DNA of 64,000 bases from Geopsychrobacteraceae bacterium. Lineage in GTDB: Bacteria; Desulfobacterota; Desulfuromonadia; Desulfuromonadales; Geopsychrobacteraceae. This document shows, one piece after another, positions 44,514 to 55,526 of the stretch. Under the pieces are notes generated by a model. That model was not told the DNA's origin. It did not search any database and worked only from the letters and a program-made list of their open reading frames with translations. Every line of letters starts with the position of its first letter. Within the stretch, counting starts at the first letter, position 1. Location of the stretch: assembly GCA_963662315.1 (NCBI GenBank), contig OY759353.1, positions 3,712,001-3,776,000 of the forward strand. Reading direction: 5' to 3'. Made by a program: the position numbers and the translations under genes.

Positions 44514-45187
44514 CGGCTCATCTCAGGCAGTCTTATGGCGGATAAAAAAGGAATTTCCTTCCCTCTGGCGTCGTTGATTTTGAGTTCGATTTCAACCAGG
44601 TTCGGCAGTCCTTTAGTGCTGGAGTCCCAACTGTCATACCAGGAACTACCGTCATAAAAGCGCAGATTGAAAGCATTGATACCTGGTGCCAGGCGCATTC
44701 TGCGCAAATTGCTGGTGTCGTCTTTACTCAGTAACGGTTTTTCAGTCCTGAGCAAGACCTTGCTGCCGTCGTCCGCTTCATTGTCTTCCATCACCGTATA
44801 GGTGAGCAGGGCATAACCGGTGCCGGTACTGCTCAGTGGCGATGCCGCCGTAGTACTGAAGGTCAAGGAGACATTGTCGAGAGTATCTTTTTCCCCTTTT
44901 AAGATGCTGTCCTTGTTGGCACTGCTCAGGTACGCCCCGTGCAGCTCACGGCCAAAACGGTCAAAAATGACCCGGGCTTTATGGTACGTCTCACTGTCCT
45001 GCTCAAGTCGGTCCTTGGCGGAACTGACGGAAGAAAAGACACCGTAGACGGTCATCAGGGTGATGGCTACAATACTGATTGAAACCAATATTTCAATCAG
45101 GGTAAAGCCCCTCTGGCGACTCCGCTGGCGAGGAGATCTATCAGAAAATAAAGGAATCAAGCGTGACCGCTTCATTGTCGTTTTCAT
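44510..45187 (-). CDS. gspJ: Minor pseudopilin J
   Basis: GFTLIEIL prepilin site; start uncertain. Confidence 0.85.
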   Translation of the reverse strand: MKTTMKRSRLIPLFSDRSPRQRSRQRGFTLIEILVSISIVAITLMTVYGVFSSVSSAKDRLEQDSETYHKARVIFDRFGRELHGAYLSSANKDSILKGEKDTLDNVSLTFSTTAASPLSSTGTGYALLTYTVMEDNEADDGSKVLLRTEKPLLSKDDTSNLRRMRLAPGINAFNLRFYDGSSWYDSWDSSTKGLPNLVEIELKINDARGKEIPFLSAIRLPEMSR

Positions 45188-45587
45188 CTCCCCAGCTTAC
45201 GGTAACACTGACCATTCTGATGGATGGCAGTGGTGTGTCCGAATAATCGACGCGCCAGGTAAAAGCATTATTTGGTTCATCAAAAACACCGCTCTCGTCA
45301 GATCCGGTTACCGTCGAGGTAGAAGTCGTTTCCAGCTCACTCATTTTATGCTGGGCCAATAAGGTCGCCTGGGTAATTTTCTGCAACCGGTCATGGACGG
45401 TGATGGTTCTGTTCCCCAGCGACAGCAGAGCCGTCAGGGCAATGCTGATAATCGCCAGGGCGATCATGATTTCAAGTAAAGTGAACCCGGCACTTTTCCG
45501 GCGCTGTGAAAAACGCTGTAACTCCATACGTCTTAACGTCGAAGCTGGGGGTCTTGAGAGGTTGTTTGTATTCTGTATCTGCACCAT
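45141..45587 (-). CDS. gspI: Minor pseudopilin I
   Basis: GFTLLEIMIALAI; start uncertain. Confidence 0.85.
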   Translation of the reverse strand: MVQIQNTNNLSRPPASTLRRMELQRFSQRRKSAGFTLLEIMIALAIISIALTALLSLGNRTITVHDRLQKITQATLLAQHKMSELETTSTSTVTGSDESGVFDEPNNAFTWRVDYSDTPLPSIRMVSVTVSWGDENDNEAVTLDSFIF

Positions 45588-45608
45588 GATCCGCCGCCCG
45601 GGTCATTC

Positions 45609-46151
45609 TCAGTTAAGCTGAAACTCCCGATAGCCTGTAAATACTTCACTGCTTCCGGTCAACGGATTGACCCGCAGGGTTAAACTGTTTTTCTTTTCAT
45701 CGCTCAGGTGGATAACCGTCTCTTCCAGCCACCCTGAAGGATGGATTCTGACGCTGACTTCTCCCTTGGTGAAAGAGCCTTCTCCGGCGAGGACAATATC
45801 GGTAAATGCGATCCCGTCTTTTAGCCTGGCGTGAGTCGGGTTCTCTTCCAATTCGCTGATGCTGCCATCTGCATCAACAATCTCTCCGTGATAGCGGTTT
45901 TCATCGAGGTTGAACACCAGCCGGTGTTCCTGCCCACTGAGGGCCGCCTCGTTGAAAAGATACTTCATGGTTCCGGCCAGCCTGCGGGTCGATGCATTCA
46001 GGTCACTTTTCGTGCCGGTACTTAACAGGGGCACACTGATGATAGTAAACAGGCTGATCAGTAGGATGACGATCGCCAGTTCCATCAGCGTGAAACCACG
46101 CTGATAGCCACCATGTGCCCTGTATCGAGGAATGTTCCTCGTTGTTGCCAT
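45609..46151 (-). CDS. gspH: Minor pseudopilin H
   Basis: GFTLMELAIV; start moved to ATG 46151. Confidence 0.85.
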   Translation of the reverse strand: MATTRNIPRYRAHGGYQRGFTLMELAIVILLISLFTIISVPLLSTGTKSDLNASTRRLAGTMKYLFNEAALSGQEHRLVFNLDENRYHGEIVDADGSISELEENPTHARLKDGIAFTDIVLAGEGSFTKGEVSVRIHPSGWLEETVIHLSDEKKNSLTLRVNPLTGSSEVFTGYREFQLN

Positions 46152-46155
46152 AGAA

Positions 46156-46602
46156 TCAGTCAAGTTCCCAGCTGTTGATGTCGGCGTCATAGCCTTCACC
46201 ACCGGATTCACCATCTGCGCCATAAGAGATCAGATCATAATCTTTGCTGTGCAGGCCGGGGGACAGGTAGATATAATTATTGTTCCAAGGATCAAGGGGC
46301 AGTTTTTTCAGGTAGCCGCTTTCGGCGTATTTTTCCGGAATGCGGCCGGTCTGCGGGATCGAAACCAGAGCTTTAAGCCCCTGATCGGTGGAGGGGAAAA
46401 AACCATTATCCAGCTTGAACATGCCGAGGGCTTCTTCGATCCCTTTCATGTCGACCTGGGCTTTGGTCACTTTTGCCTGATCCGGTCGATCCAGAAAGCG
46501 CGGGACGACAATCGCCGCCAGTATGCCGAGGATAACAACGACAACCATAATTTCAATCAGCGTAAAGCCACGCTTGTTGAGTAGATACTTTTGCATTGCC
46601 AA
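46156..46602 (-). CDS. gspG: Major pseudopilin G
   Basis: GFTLIEIMVVVVILGILA, DPWNN.Y.Y.SPG, SYGADG. Confidence 0.96.
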   Translation of the reverse strand: MAMQKYLLNKRGFTLIEIMVVVVILGILAAIVVPRFLDRPDQAKVTKAQVDMKGIEEALGMFKLDNGFFPSTDQGLKALVSIPQTGRIPEKYAESGYLKKLPLDPWNNNYIYLSPGLHSKDYDLISYGADGESGGEGYDADINSWELD

Positions 46603-46628
46603 ATAGCTCCTTTATTACCTTGCAGTCG

Positions 46629-47852
46629 TTAAAAACTCTGACTCGCTTCAAAAATGGGCAGCAGGATCGCCAGCACGACGAAGCCGACCACGGTTCCCAT
46701 AATCAGGATTAAAATAGGTTCAAGCAGGGAAAGTAACCCGGTAATCGCCAGTTCGGTCTGACTTTCGTAGGTGTCGGCCAGCCGGAACAGCATCGGTTCA
46801 AGTTGGCCGCTTTTTTCCCCGGCGGCCGTAATCTGTGCCAGCATGGGCGGGAAAGCTGTTGAATTTTTAAGACTTCTCGCCAGCGAACCACCCTCCTGGA
46901 CATCTTTTTGAGCCGTGTCTACGGCTTGGTAAAGGACCCGGTTCTTGAGCAGGGCTTTGGTAATGTCAAGTGCTCGCAGCAGCGGGATACCGCTGTGCAG
47001 CAGGGTTCCGAGCGTGCGTGCAAACCAGGCCGTGGCGATTGTCAGGCTGAGGCGTCCGTAGAGGGGCAGGCGTAAACTGATCTGATCAAGTTTAAGGCGT
47101 CCCTTTTCGGTGTGGGCATAGCGGCGCAGTAGCAACCCGGCGCAAATGATTATCGCAAGCAGCAACCACCACCAGCTGCCGAGCAGATCACTGAGCTCAA
47201 TCAGAAAGCGGGTCGGCCAGGGGAGAGCCTGCCCCATTTCAGTCAGCATTGAGGTGATTTTGGGGACGACAAAGATGAACAGGAAGATCAGCACTCCGAT
47301 GCCAACCACCGTCATCAGAATCGGGTATGCAAGCGCCGCCTGAATGCGTGCCCTGATGCGTGCCTGATCATCCAGAAAGTCAGCCAGACGATGCAGGACT
47401 TGATCCAGGGTGCCACTGCTTTCGCCGACTTGAATCATATTAATAAACAGCTCAGGGAAAACCCGACGCTGATTTTCCAGCGCTTTATGAAACGGTGCTC
47501 CCTCCAGAACTTCTTCACGAATGCTGAGAAAGGTCGTGCTGAGTACGGACTGATCAGTCTGGTCGGCAACGGTCCCCAGAACTTCATCGAGGGGAATTCC
47601 TGCGCCCAGCAGGGTGCCAAGCTGTCGGGTTGCGGCGGCCAGATCTGCCGGAGAAACCCGGTGGCGTAAACTGAATGAGGCTCGCGGACTTTTCTGGCCG
47701 CTTTTGGCGGCAGCAGTGACTTCCTGCAGGCTGGTCAGAAAAATCCCCTGCTGGCTCAGTTTCTGGGTGACCGCCTTGCGGCCACTGCCGTCAATCTTGC
47801 CATGGACCTTGCGCCCCTGACTGTTCAGTCCTGAATACTCAAAAAGAGCCAC
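46629..47852 (-). CDS. gspF: Type II secretion platform protein F
   Basis: GESSGTL, GEKSGQL, LLEP motifs. Confidence 0.95.
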   Translation of the reverse strand: MALFEYSGLNSQGRKVHGKIDGSGRKAVTQKLSQQGIFLTSLQEVTAAAKSGQKSPRASFSLRHRVSPADLAAATRQLGTLLGAGIPLDEVLGTVADQTDQSVLSTTFLSIREEVLEGAPFHKALENQRRVFPELFINMIQVGESSGTLDQVLHRLADFLDDQARIRARIQAALAYPILMTVVGIGVLIFLFIFVVPKITSMLTEMGQALPWPTRFLIELSDLLGSWWWLLLAIIICAGLLLRRYAHTEKGRLKLDQISLRLPLYGRLSLTIATAWFARTLGTLLHSGIPLLRALDITKALLKNRVLYQAVDTAQKDVQEGGSLARSLKNSTAFPPMLAQITAAGEKSGQLEPMLFRLADTYESQTELAITGLLSLLEPILILIMGTVVGFVVLAILLPIFEASQSF

Positions 47853-47854
47853 GA

Positions 47855-49552
47855 TCAGGTCTCCTCTTGAGTGACACGGAGGACCTCTTCAAGGGTCGTT
47901 TCCCCGCGCAACGCTTTTTCCAGCCCAGCTGTACGCAACGGTTTTAAACCATTTGCCATGGCCGCCTTGCGGATGGTCGCGGCGTCTTTGTTTTTGAGGA
48001 GCAGATCTCTGACCTGATCATCAATTTTCAGTAATTCATAAATACCGGTCCGCCCCCAATAACCGATATTCATGCATTTTTCACAACCACGCCCCTGGTA
48101 GAAGACCGGATTGGCCGGTAGCCCTTCCGCGGTCAGCTCATGGAGAAGTTCTGCCGGGGGTTCATATTCTTCACGGCAATGGGGGCAGATGCGGCGCACC
48201 AGGCGTTGGGCCATGATGCCGACGACACTGGAAGCGGCCAGGAACGGCTCGACACCCATTTCAACCAGGCGGGTCAGGGCTCCTGCAGCATCATTGGTAT
48301 GCAAGGTTGAAAAAACCATATGGCCGGTCAGGGCCGACTGAATAACGATTTCAGCTGTCTCCTGGTCACGGATCTCGCCGACCATGATAATATCGGGATC
48401 CTGACGCAGTATGGAACGCAGGCCATTGGCAAAGGTCAGGTCGATTTTGGTATTGACCTGAATCTGACCGACACCGGCGAGCTGATATTCGATAGGGTCT
48501 TCAACCGTGATAATATTTTTTTCACGCTGATTCAGGCGTGTTAATGCCGAATACAGCGTGGTCGTCTTACCGGAACCGGTTGGCCCGGTCACCAGGAACA
48601 CGCCGTGGGTCTTGCTGATCATACTGACGATATCCTGCAGCAGCTGATCTTTAAGACCGATCTGTTCCAGTGACAGGACATTGGACCCCTTATCGAGCAG
48701 ACGTAAAACCACACGTTCGCCAAAAGCGGTAGGCAGGGTTGACACCCGCACATCAACGTCACTGCCGGCAACCTTGACGCGGAAGCGGCCGTCTTGAGGC
48801 AGACGCTTTTCAGCAATGTTGAGTTGCGACATGATCTTGATCCGCGAGACGATTCCGGCATGGGCTTTTAACGGCGGTTGATGGACATCATAGAGAATAC
48901 CGTCAATGCGATAGCGAATCCGTAATTCCCGTTCAAAGGGTTCAATATGGATATCGCTGGCCCGTTCTTTGTACCCTTGCGTGATCAGGCTGTTGACGAA
49001 GCGGATGATCGGTGCTTCATCCGAGGTGTCGAGCAGATCTTCCGGCTCCAGGTTATGGATGAGATCTGTATCTTTGTTGGCTTCAATCTCTTCAATGACT
49101 CCGGAGGTGGCTCCGGCGTTTTTTTCATAACTGCGATTGATAGCTTTGAGGATCTCCTCCGCAGTAGCCAGACACGGCTCCACCGATGCTCCGGTCAGTG
49201 TTCCCAGATCGTTAAGCAGGGCGGTGTCGGTTGGATCTGCCACGGCGACCAGCAGTTGATCGTTCTCATGCTTAAGCGGAAAAAACATCCGCTCTTTAGT
49301 AAAGCCGATAGGGATTTTCAGCAACAGATCGTCACTTCCGCCCTGATCGATCAGTGTCGGGAAAAATTCCAGGGAGAATTGCTTAGCTAATGCTTCAGCC
49401 ACAATCCCCTCGCTGACGACCTTCTTCTTGACGAGAATTTCACCCAGTTGCAAGCCACTTTTTTGTTGCTCCAGCAGGGCCAGGTCGATGTCATTCTGAC
49501 TGACTTCAAACTGGTCGTGAAGGATCTCTCCGATGAGCTGCCACCTCTTCAT
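47855..49552 (-). CDS. gspE: Type II secretion ATPase E
   Basis: ASDIHIEP, GPTGSGKTTT, LRQDPD, tetracysteine motif. Confidence 0.96.
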   Translation of the reverse strand: MKRWQLIGEILHDQFEVSQNDIDLALLEQQKSGLQLGEILVKKKVVSEGIVAEALAKQFSLEFFPTLIDQGGSDDLLLKIPIGFTKERMFFPLKHENDQLLVAVADPTDTALLNDLGTLTGASVEPCLATAEEILKAINRSYEKNAGATSGVIEEIEANKDTDLIHNLEPEDLLDTSDEAPIIRFVNSLITQGYKERASDIHIEPFERELRIRYRIDGILYDVHQPPLKAHAGIVSRIKIMSQLNIAEKRLPQDGRFRVKVAGSDVDVRVSTLPTAFGERVVLRLLDKGSNVLSLEQIGLKDQLLQDIVSMISKTHGVFLVTGPTGSGKTTTLYSALTRLNQREKNIITVEDPIEYQLAGVGQIQVNTKIDLTFANGLRSILRQDPDIIMVGEIRDQETAEIVIQSALTGHMVFSTLHTNDAAGALTRLVEMGVEPFLAASSVVGIMAQRLVRRICPHCREEYEPPAELLHELTAEGLPANPVFYQGRGCEKCMNIGYWGRTGIYELLKIDDQVRDLLLKNKDAATIRKAAMANGLKPLRTAGLEKALRGETTLEEVLRVTQEET

Positions 49553-49556
49553 ACGT

Positions 49557-51593
49557 CTAATTGGACTCCTGTTGAGGGCGTTCCTGTCTACGTTCTTCGT
49601 CCTGCAGCTGTTTGAAGTCTTCAGGGAGATTGGTGCGCTGCTCTTCAGTCAACATTGTCGCAGCTTTTAAGCGGTTGGCATTGGTCACCTGGGCAATGTC
49701 ATCGGTATCCTTGATAATTGTCGGAGTGATGAAAACGAGCAGATTTTTCTTGTTTGCCGAGGTCGATCTGGTTTTAAACAGCCAGCCAAGCACAGGAATG
49801 TCACCAAGCAGAGGGACCTTGGTTTCTGATTGGGTCGATTGATTATTGATCAGGCCACCCAGGATAAGGGTCTTTTTGCTTTGCGCCAAAACGGTATTAC
49901 GAATCACGCGTTTGGTCAGGGTCGGCCCATTGGTGTTGGAATCGGAGCCTTCCACGACCCCGGTAATTTCCTGGTAGATATTCAACCTGACCAGATTGTC
50001 TTCAATAACCTGGGGGGTAAAGCGCAGTGTCAGAGCGGCATCCTGGCGCTCGACCGAGACGGTTACGTTATCGGTGTTGGTGCTGTCAGTAATTTTTTCG
50101 GTAACGATGGGAACGTTATCACCGACGATGATTTCTGCTTCTTCGTTATCTGATGTAAGCAACCGTGGTGCCGACAACACATTGACATCACTGTCGGTTT
50201 TGGAAAGATTCAGTAATGCCGACAGGGCTGGAACCGTATAGGTTTTTCCATCTCCTGCGGTGACGGTTATCGGGTTAAACATCCCGCCAACCAAAACTCC
50301 ATTGATTGCTGTGCTCAGTAACGAAGTGGATGAGCTTAAGTTGCCAAGGCTGGTCTGCTCCCCAGTTCCGGCGAAAATGACACCATCGTTACCCAGATCA
50401 ATAGCTCCGGACAGAGACGCTCCCAGATCTTTAGTCGCGTCCATGGACAGTTCAATGATCAAGGCCTCGACGTAAACCTGTTTACGCTTGATATCAAGTT
50501 TCTTAATGATGCTTTTAATCGCTGTATAGTCTTTTTGCTGGGCGTTAATGATCAGGGAATTGGTCGGTTTGTCCGCGGTGATCGAGACCTGCTGGGAGAT
50601 AACGGCTGAAGACTGGGTCGGAGCCTGATTTTTATTGGCGGTTGCCGCAGCGGAAGCTGCGGCGGCTTTGACTCCGGTAAGAATCTCATTCAGGGTTGTT
50701 GCCAGGGTTTCCGCATCGGCATTTTCCAGGTAGTAAACATTGATATCCGCTTCTTCTTCACGCGGTTCCTGATCAAGTGTGGCGAGCAAGCCTTTAATTT
50801 TATCCAGATCTTCACTGCTGGAAACGACAATCAGCGAGTTGGTCCTGGGGTAGGCAATGATTTTACTGGTACCTTCTTTGGTTGTGGAAATCTTCTGGTT
50901 GGCACGCCTTTGGGTTGCTCCGGCCTGTTCGGTCACAATCTCCTGACAGATTTTAGCAACTTCTTCAGCATCTGCGTAGCGCAGCGGTAATACCGTCAAC
51001 TCTCCTGAGGAATCGGGCTGATCCAGCTGCTGCATGATTTTGACCATGCGATCGATGGTGGAGGCGGTTTCCGTCAGAATCAGGGTGTTGGTTGGTGGAT
51101 AGGTGATAATGTTTCCGGTGGCCGGCATCAATGGTGCCAGTACCGATGTGGCAACTGTATCGACATCAAGATAATTAAGTCGCACCAGGCGCGTTATGAA
51201 CTGGTCCGAGTCACTGCGCCCCTTAGTGTAGACGGGCAAGCCTTCCTGGCGGGCGGTTTTGGTGGAAACGATTTTATTAACCTTTCCCGAAGGCACCAGG
51301 GTATAGCCCTTGACATTCAAGACCGTCAGAAACAGTTGATAGGTTTCATCAAGGGTCATGGTTTCCGGTGAAACGATCGTGACCTTGCCTTTAATGGAAT
51401 CGTCATAAAGAAAATTCTTGCCGGTCAATTCACTGATTGTGTTGATCAATTCCGTCAACTCGACATCTTTGAAGTCGAGGGTGATCTTTTCATCCGCCGG
51501 TGCCGCCTGGACCGGTTTTGCCAGCGGCGCAGCACTTAGCAGCAAAGCCAGAAATAACCACACCGAAAAACGGAAGAATTTTATATGAGTCAC
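49557..51593 (-). CDS. gspD: Type II secretion secretin D
   Basis: QVYVEALI, KVPLLGDIPVLGWLF, LLVFITPTII. Confidence 0.96.
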   Translation of the reverse strand: MTHIKFFRFSVWLFLALLLSAAPLAKPVQAAPADEKITLDFKDVELTELINTISELTGKNFLYDDSIKGKVTIVSPETMTLDETYQLFLTVLNVKGYTLVPSGKVNKIVSTKTARQEGLPVYTKGRSDSDQFITRLVRLNYLDVDTVATSVLAPLMPATGNIITYPPTNTLILTETASTIDRMVKIMQQLDQPDSSGELTVLPLRYADAEEVAKICQEIVTEQAGATQRRANQKISTTKEGTSKIIAYPRTNSLIVVSSSEDLDKIKGLLATLDQEPREEEADINVYYLENADAETLATTLNEILTGVKAAAASAAATANKNQAPTQSSAVISQQVSITADKPTNSLIINAQQKDYTAIKSIIKKLDIKRKQVYVEALIIELSMDATKDLGASLSGAIDLGNDGVIFAGTGEQTSLGNLSSSTSLLSTAINGVLVGGMFNPITVTAGDGKTYTVPALSALLNLSKTDSDVNVLSAPRLLTSDNEEAEIIVGDNVPIVTEKITDSTNTDNVTVSVERQDAALTLRFTPQVIEDNLVRLNIYQEITGVVEGSDSNTNGPTLTKRVIRNTVLAQSKKTLILGGLINNQSTQSETKVPLLGDIPVLGWLFKTRSTSANKKNLLVFITPTIIKDTDDIAQVTNANRLKAATMLTEEQRTNLPEDFKQLQDEERRQERPQQESN

Positions 51594-51605
51594 TTGATTT
51601 GCCTC

Positions 51606-52523
51606 CTAGTCAAGTTCATAAGTAAAGGTCTGGGCCGCCCCTTTGCGTTCAATGCCGACAGAAATCTGTCGTGCTTCGCGCAATTGCTGGAAAATCTGCA
51701 GTGCCGTCTCGGGGCTGTCAAGGGTCATATTGTTGACCTGCATGATGACGTCGCCACGTTGCAGGCCTAGTTTGGTGAGGATCGAATTGCGCCGTAAGCG
51801 TCTGATCATAAAGCCGTCAGTTTTGCCGTCGGTAATACGTGGCTGTAACTGGGCCAGACGCATTTCCACGGCGAGGTTCGCCCGGGTCTTTTCCGCGGTA
51901 TCACGAGGGACGACCCAGTGCCCGTCGCCGATCTGCTTGATGTCTGCGTCGGAATTTTCGCCCTCATTGCCGATGGCTTGGGCAGTCGCTGCCGGTGTGC
52001 CGGGTTGGTCGTCCTGAATCAGCATCAGCGTGGTCAGCGATTTGTCACGATTGCGGATCTTTACCAGATTACGGGTAATTTCCTCAATGATGCCCCCTCC
52101 GGGGAGTTCATCATTGAGGTGGTAGATTTCAAATTTTTTATCGATCTCTATCAGGGCAAGGGAATCCTCTCCAGCAGCAACGGTTCCCATCAATTTCATA
52201 TTTGTAGGCGCAGGCTGCTGACTGGGTGACTTGGCTGCTCCGGTGTCATTCTGCTCTGTTGACGCATTGACGGGGGTCAGTGTTGCGGTGTCGGAACGGC
52301 TACTCGGATCAAAAATATTGCGTTGCAAAATCAGGTTGAGGTCGTCCTGAGTTGTTTCATGGACGGTTTTTTGAGCGGTCTTTGTTGCGGTGTAGCTCTG
52401 GGCCGGAGCCGGGTCAATATAAGTCCCCAGAAATGAGGTGACGAGAAGGCCGCAAACCAATCCCAGTAGCAGCACCAAAAGCAGATTAAGATAAGTGTGG
52501 TATTTCTGATAGAGCGTCAGCAT
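51606..52523 (-). CDS. gspC: Type II secretion protein C (PDZ)
   Basis: TM, RNIF, LMGT, C-terminal PDZ (LGLQRGDVI); start moved to ATG 52523. Confidence 0.9.
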   Translation of the reverse strand: MLTLYQKYHTYLNLLLVLLLGLVCGLLVTSFLGTYIDPAPAQSYTATKTAQKTVHETTQDDLNLILQRNIFDPSSRSDTATLTPVNASTEQNDTGAAKSPSQQPAPTNMKLMGTVAAGEDSLALIEIDKKFEIYHLNDELPGGGIIEEITRNLVKIRNRDKSLTTLMLIQDDQPGTPAATAQAIGNEGENSDADIKQIGDGHWVVPRDTAEKTRANLAVEMRLAQLQPRITDGKTDGFMIRRLRRNSILTKLGLQRGDVIMQVNNMTLDSPETALQIFQQLREARQISVGIERKGAAQTFTYELD

Positions 52524-52714
52524 GTCAGCCTTATTCAGTTCGTTGTTATCCGGAGTTCCCGGATGACGACCAGTAAACGGAAAAACTGATACTTCAAAGT
52601 CATTGATTAATAAACTCAACGGCCCGCTATCATAGTCGTTAAACAGCTTATAAGCAAGTATGGCGCATCGACTACTGATTTTCTTACAGAAACCTAGCTT
52701 TTGTCACTGATTAT

Positions 52715-53419
52715 TTATTGACCGGGTGCTGGCAGTTCAAAGAGGGTTCCGCGGTAATTAAACAAGGTCGATGTTTCTCTGATCTCGGCAATACTCAGAT
52801 CTGCGGTGATGTTTTCTTTTTCATGGCGTATTGTTCCGTTGATCCTGAGCATGCGCCGGGCCGGGTCAGAGCTGAAAAAATGCAGGGACACCCTAAGAGA
52901 TCCAATATCCCTCTGTAGTGCTGAAGGCAGTTCATCATAAAAGGGAACCTCCTCTGTGGTTGCTGTGCCAGGTGCTGTTGAGGGGATGGAATTCGGCGGC
53001 GACTGAGGGAGAGCTTCTAAAGGAGCGGTTACTTCCTGATGGCGTTGGGGGACAGGTGCGACAATATTCTGGGATTGTTTCTGCACGGGAGTTGGTGCTT
53101 TTGTATTTTTCTGTATGGTCTGGTCTTGTGCCGGTAACTGCTGACGGGTCTGTTTGGCTACCGGTATTGATGGTTGTTTGTCTGCTTTATGAATCTGGTT
53201 GATCGGATCGGAGGCCAGAATTGCAGGCTGCTCCGGCTGACGGCCGATCCACCAGCCACCCATAAGGCTCAACAGCGGAATCAGGATGCAGATAGCGATA
53301 AGAACCCCACGTTTCCGCGCCGGAAAATGGGGAATCAGGATATGTTTGCCCGCTTGCGGTGTCAGGTTGCCACTACGGTTTTCTTCTGATTTTTTAAGAG
53401 CATCAAGAATAAAGGACAT
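52715..53419 (-). CDS. gspB: Type II secretion protein B
   Basis: MSFILDALKKSEENR; HFFSSDPARRMLRING. Confidence 0.9.
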   Translation of the reverse strand: MSFILDALKKSEENRSGNLTPQAGKHILIPHFPARKRGVLIAICILIPLLSLMGGWWIGRQPEQPAILASDPINQIHKADKQPSIPVAKQTRQQLPAQDQTIQKNTKAPTPVQKQSQNIVAPVPQRHQEVTAPLEALPQSPPNSIPSTAPGTATTEEVPFYDELPSALQRDIGSLRVSLHFFSSDPARRMLRINGTIRHEKENITADLSIAEIRETSTLFNYRGTLFELPAPGQ

Positions 53420-55065
53420 CAGTTGACCTCAGTATTATCAAGGTGAGGGCCCGGAGCCTGGGTAAGATTGTTCAGATAGATAATTGTTTTGGGGCCAAGC
53501 ACCCCATCCGGGGTTAAGCCGGCTGCAAACTGAAAATGTTTCAGTGCGCCAAGGATCCCGCCAGCCAGGACCGAAGTCGTTTCCTGCCCTGCGTAGTGTC
53601 CGGTTGCCGTAAGTGTTTCTCTGAGCCATGGGATTAATGGGTTTGTTTGTCCCGGATAAACAATACCTGAGTAGTTTTGTGGTGGGTACCACAGGATCCG
53701 GTATTCGCCAAACCAACGGTTCTGCAAGGCTGCAATATTCAGGGTTCTGACATCTCCTGCGGCGCGAAATTCTGCCTTTTCGTTGTGCATGCTGGTGAGC
53801 AGCACAAAAAACTCTTTCCCTGCGTCATCATACAGCGTCAAAAGTGCCGGGCGATTAAGCGCCCGAAGACTGGCGAGGTCTTCCTGGCGGTCATAGCAGC
53901 GTAGACCCGATTCACGTGCGAAGTCACATGGAGTCAGGGATGAATTGCGGTAATTCAGTCCCCACATGGCGGCCAGTTCAGTAAATGCGCTGTCTCGGGT
54001 GTGGCCAAAAGCAAAGTCTGAAGGCCAGGTGAGGATTTCCTGAACCCTCTGCTGAACGGGTTGTGCTTCGCCCGCTTCCTGATCTTTGTTTATGAAGTAT
54101 TTGGCTGGTTCCGATGATTGCTCTGGCGCTGTCTCTACGGTTACTTCAGTGGAGGCCCCTTTTGTAACGGTTGTTGTTAACAGTTGGTAAGATAATCCGG
54201 AAATAATAATAAAGCTGATCAGGGTTGCGAAAATCCAGGGGACGCTTTGTTTACGTCCGGTCCGGTCAAAAATCTCAGCGCACGCCTGACGGACTATGGC
54301 GGGGGTGACCTGGCGTTGCTGCCTGGTGTAGGCCCCTAATAGAGAACGATCGCAAATCAGATTGATCAGGCGCGGAATGCCAAGACTGCGGTTATGAATC
54401 AATCTGATTGCTCGTGGTGTGAAGCAATTTTCATGACTGCCGGCCACCTGAAGGCGGTGAGCTATATAACCCCTGATTTCCTGTTTGTCCAGCGGGCCAA
54501 GGTGATAACGCGCGGTTATCCGTTGGGCCAGTTGCCGCAACTGCGGGCGGTTGATCATGTCACGCAGCTCGGGTTGGCCCAGCAGAATAATCTGCAGTAA
54601 TTTGCGCTTGTCTGTTTCCAGGTTGGTCAACAGCCGCAGTTGCTCCAGAACATCGATGGACAGATTCTGGGCTTCATCGATCAGCAATACCGTTTTACGC
54701 CCTTGGGCATTAGTCTTCAGAAGGTGCTGGTTGATGGTGTCGACCAGGAGCTTGGTCGAATTCGATCCGCTGTGACCGATATGCAACTCATCACAGATGG
54801 TCTGCAGCAGTTCAATAACGCTGATCTTCGGGTTCAGGACAAAAGCCAGGTCGATTTCGGGAGGGATTCTGGTGAACAGGCTTTTACAGATGGTGGTTTT
54901 GCCGGTTCCGACCTCGCCGGTCAGCAGGACAAAGCCGCCATCAGTCTGCAAACCGTAAAGCAAGTGTGCCAGCGCTTCCCGGTGGCTTTCACTCATGTAG
55001 AGAAAACCGGGGTCAGGGGCAATGGAAAAAGGCTTTTCTGTTAGTCCAAAGTAGTCAGTATACAT
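53419..55065 (-). CDS. gspA: ExeA/GspA ATPase with peptidoglycan-binding domain
   Basis: GEVGTGKT, IDEAQNL, GQPEL, FQ...GLTPDGVLGPKT. Confidence 0.93.
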   Translation of the reverse strand: MYTDYFGLTEKPFSIAPDPGFLYMSESHREALAHLLYGLQTDGGFVLLTGEVGTGKTTICKSLFTRIPPEIDLAFVLNPKISVIELLQTICDELHIGHSGSNSTKLLVDTINQHLLKTNAQGRKTVLLIDEAQNLSIDVLEQLRLLTNLETDKRKLLQIILLGQPELRDMINRPQLRQLAQRITARYHLGPLDKQEIRGYIAHRLQVAGSHENCFTPRAIRLIHNRSLGIPRLINLICDRSLLGAYTRQQRQVTPAIVRQACAEIFDRTGRKQSVPWIFATLISFIIISGLSYQLLTTTVTKGASTEVTVETAPEQSSEPAKYFINKDQEAGEAQPVQQRVQEILTWPSDFAFGHTRDSAFTELAAMWGLNYRNSSLTPCDFARESGLRCYDRQEDLASLRALNRPALLTLYDDAGKEFFVLLTSMHNEKAEFRAAGDVRTLNIAALQNRWFGEYRILWYPPQNYSGIVYPGQTNPLIPWLRETLTATGHYAGQETTSVLAGGILGALKHFQFAAGLTPDGVLGPKTIIYLNNLTQAPGPHLDNTEVN

Positions 55066-55526
55066 GGGTCCTTGATTTGTTCTGCCAAATTGGCTGGTTC
55101 TTTCGCTCTACTTCGCCTGAAGTCTATCAAGCATACCTGCCTCGTCACCGAAAAAAAAGCCTGATATTTAAAGATACTGTACGGGTAACCAGATCTCGCA
55201 TAAAACAGCATTCTTATAATGCTTATGATATGTTTTAATTTCTACGTATATATATTGCAATATTTAAAATATAGATATTTGGAATAACTATATAAATAAT
55301 AAATTCAATAGTTTAATTTCTGACTGTTTTGCTCAGGCAAAAATTGTTTGAAAATATCGAAAAAAATCCTTGATCTGTGGCCAGCTGTTCAGTAGTTTTC
55401 CGGTAAATATGTGATAAAAAGAAAGCTCATTCTTAGCATGATTGGCCGTTAGTCTTGCGAGCTTTACAGTACATGTTGTGCGCTGTTGGAGAGGTCTGTA
55501 CATCCTTACTAACCAAAGGAGGTTAT

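Noticed and set aside
55442..55459. Sigma54 promoter TTGGC...TTGC upstream of the rhodanese gene
   Set aside because: GG-to-GC spacing is 11 nt rather than the required 10.
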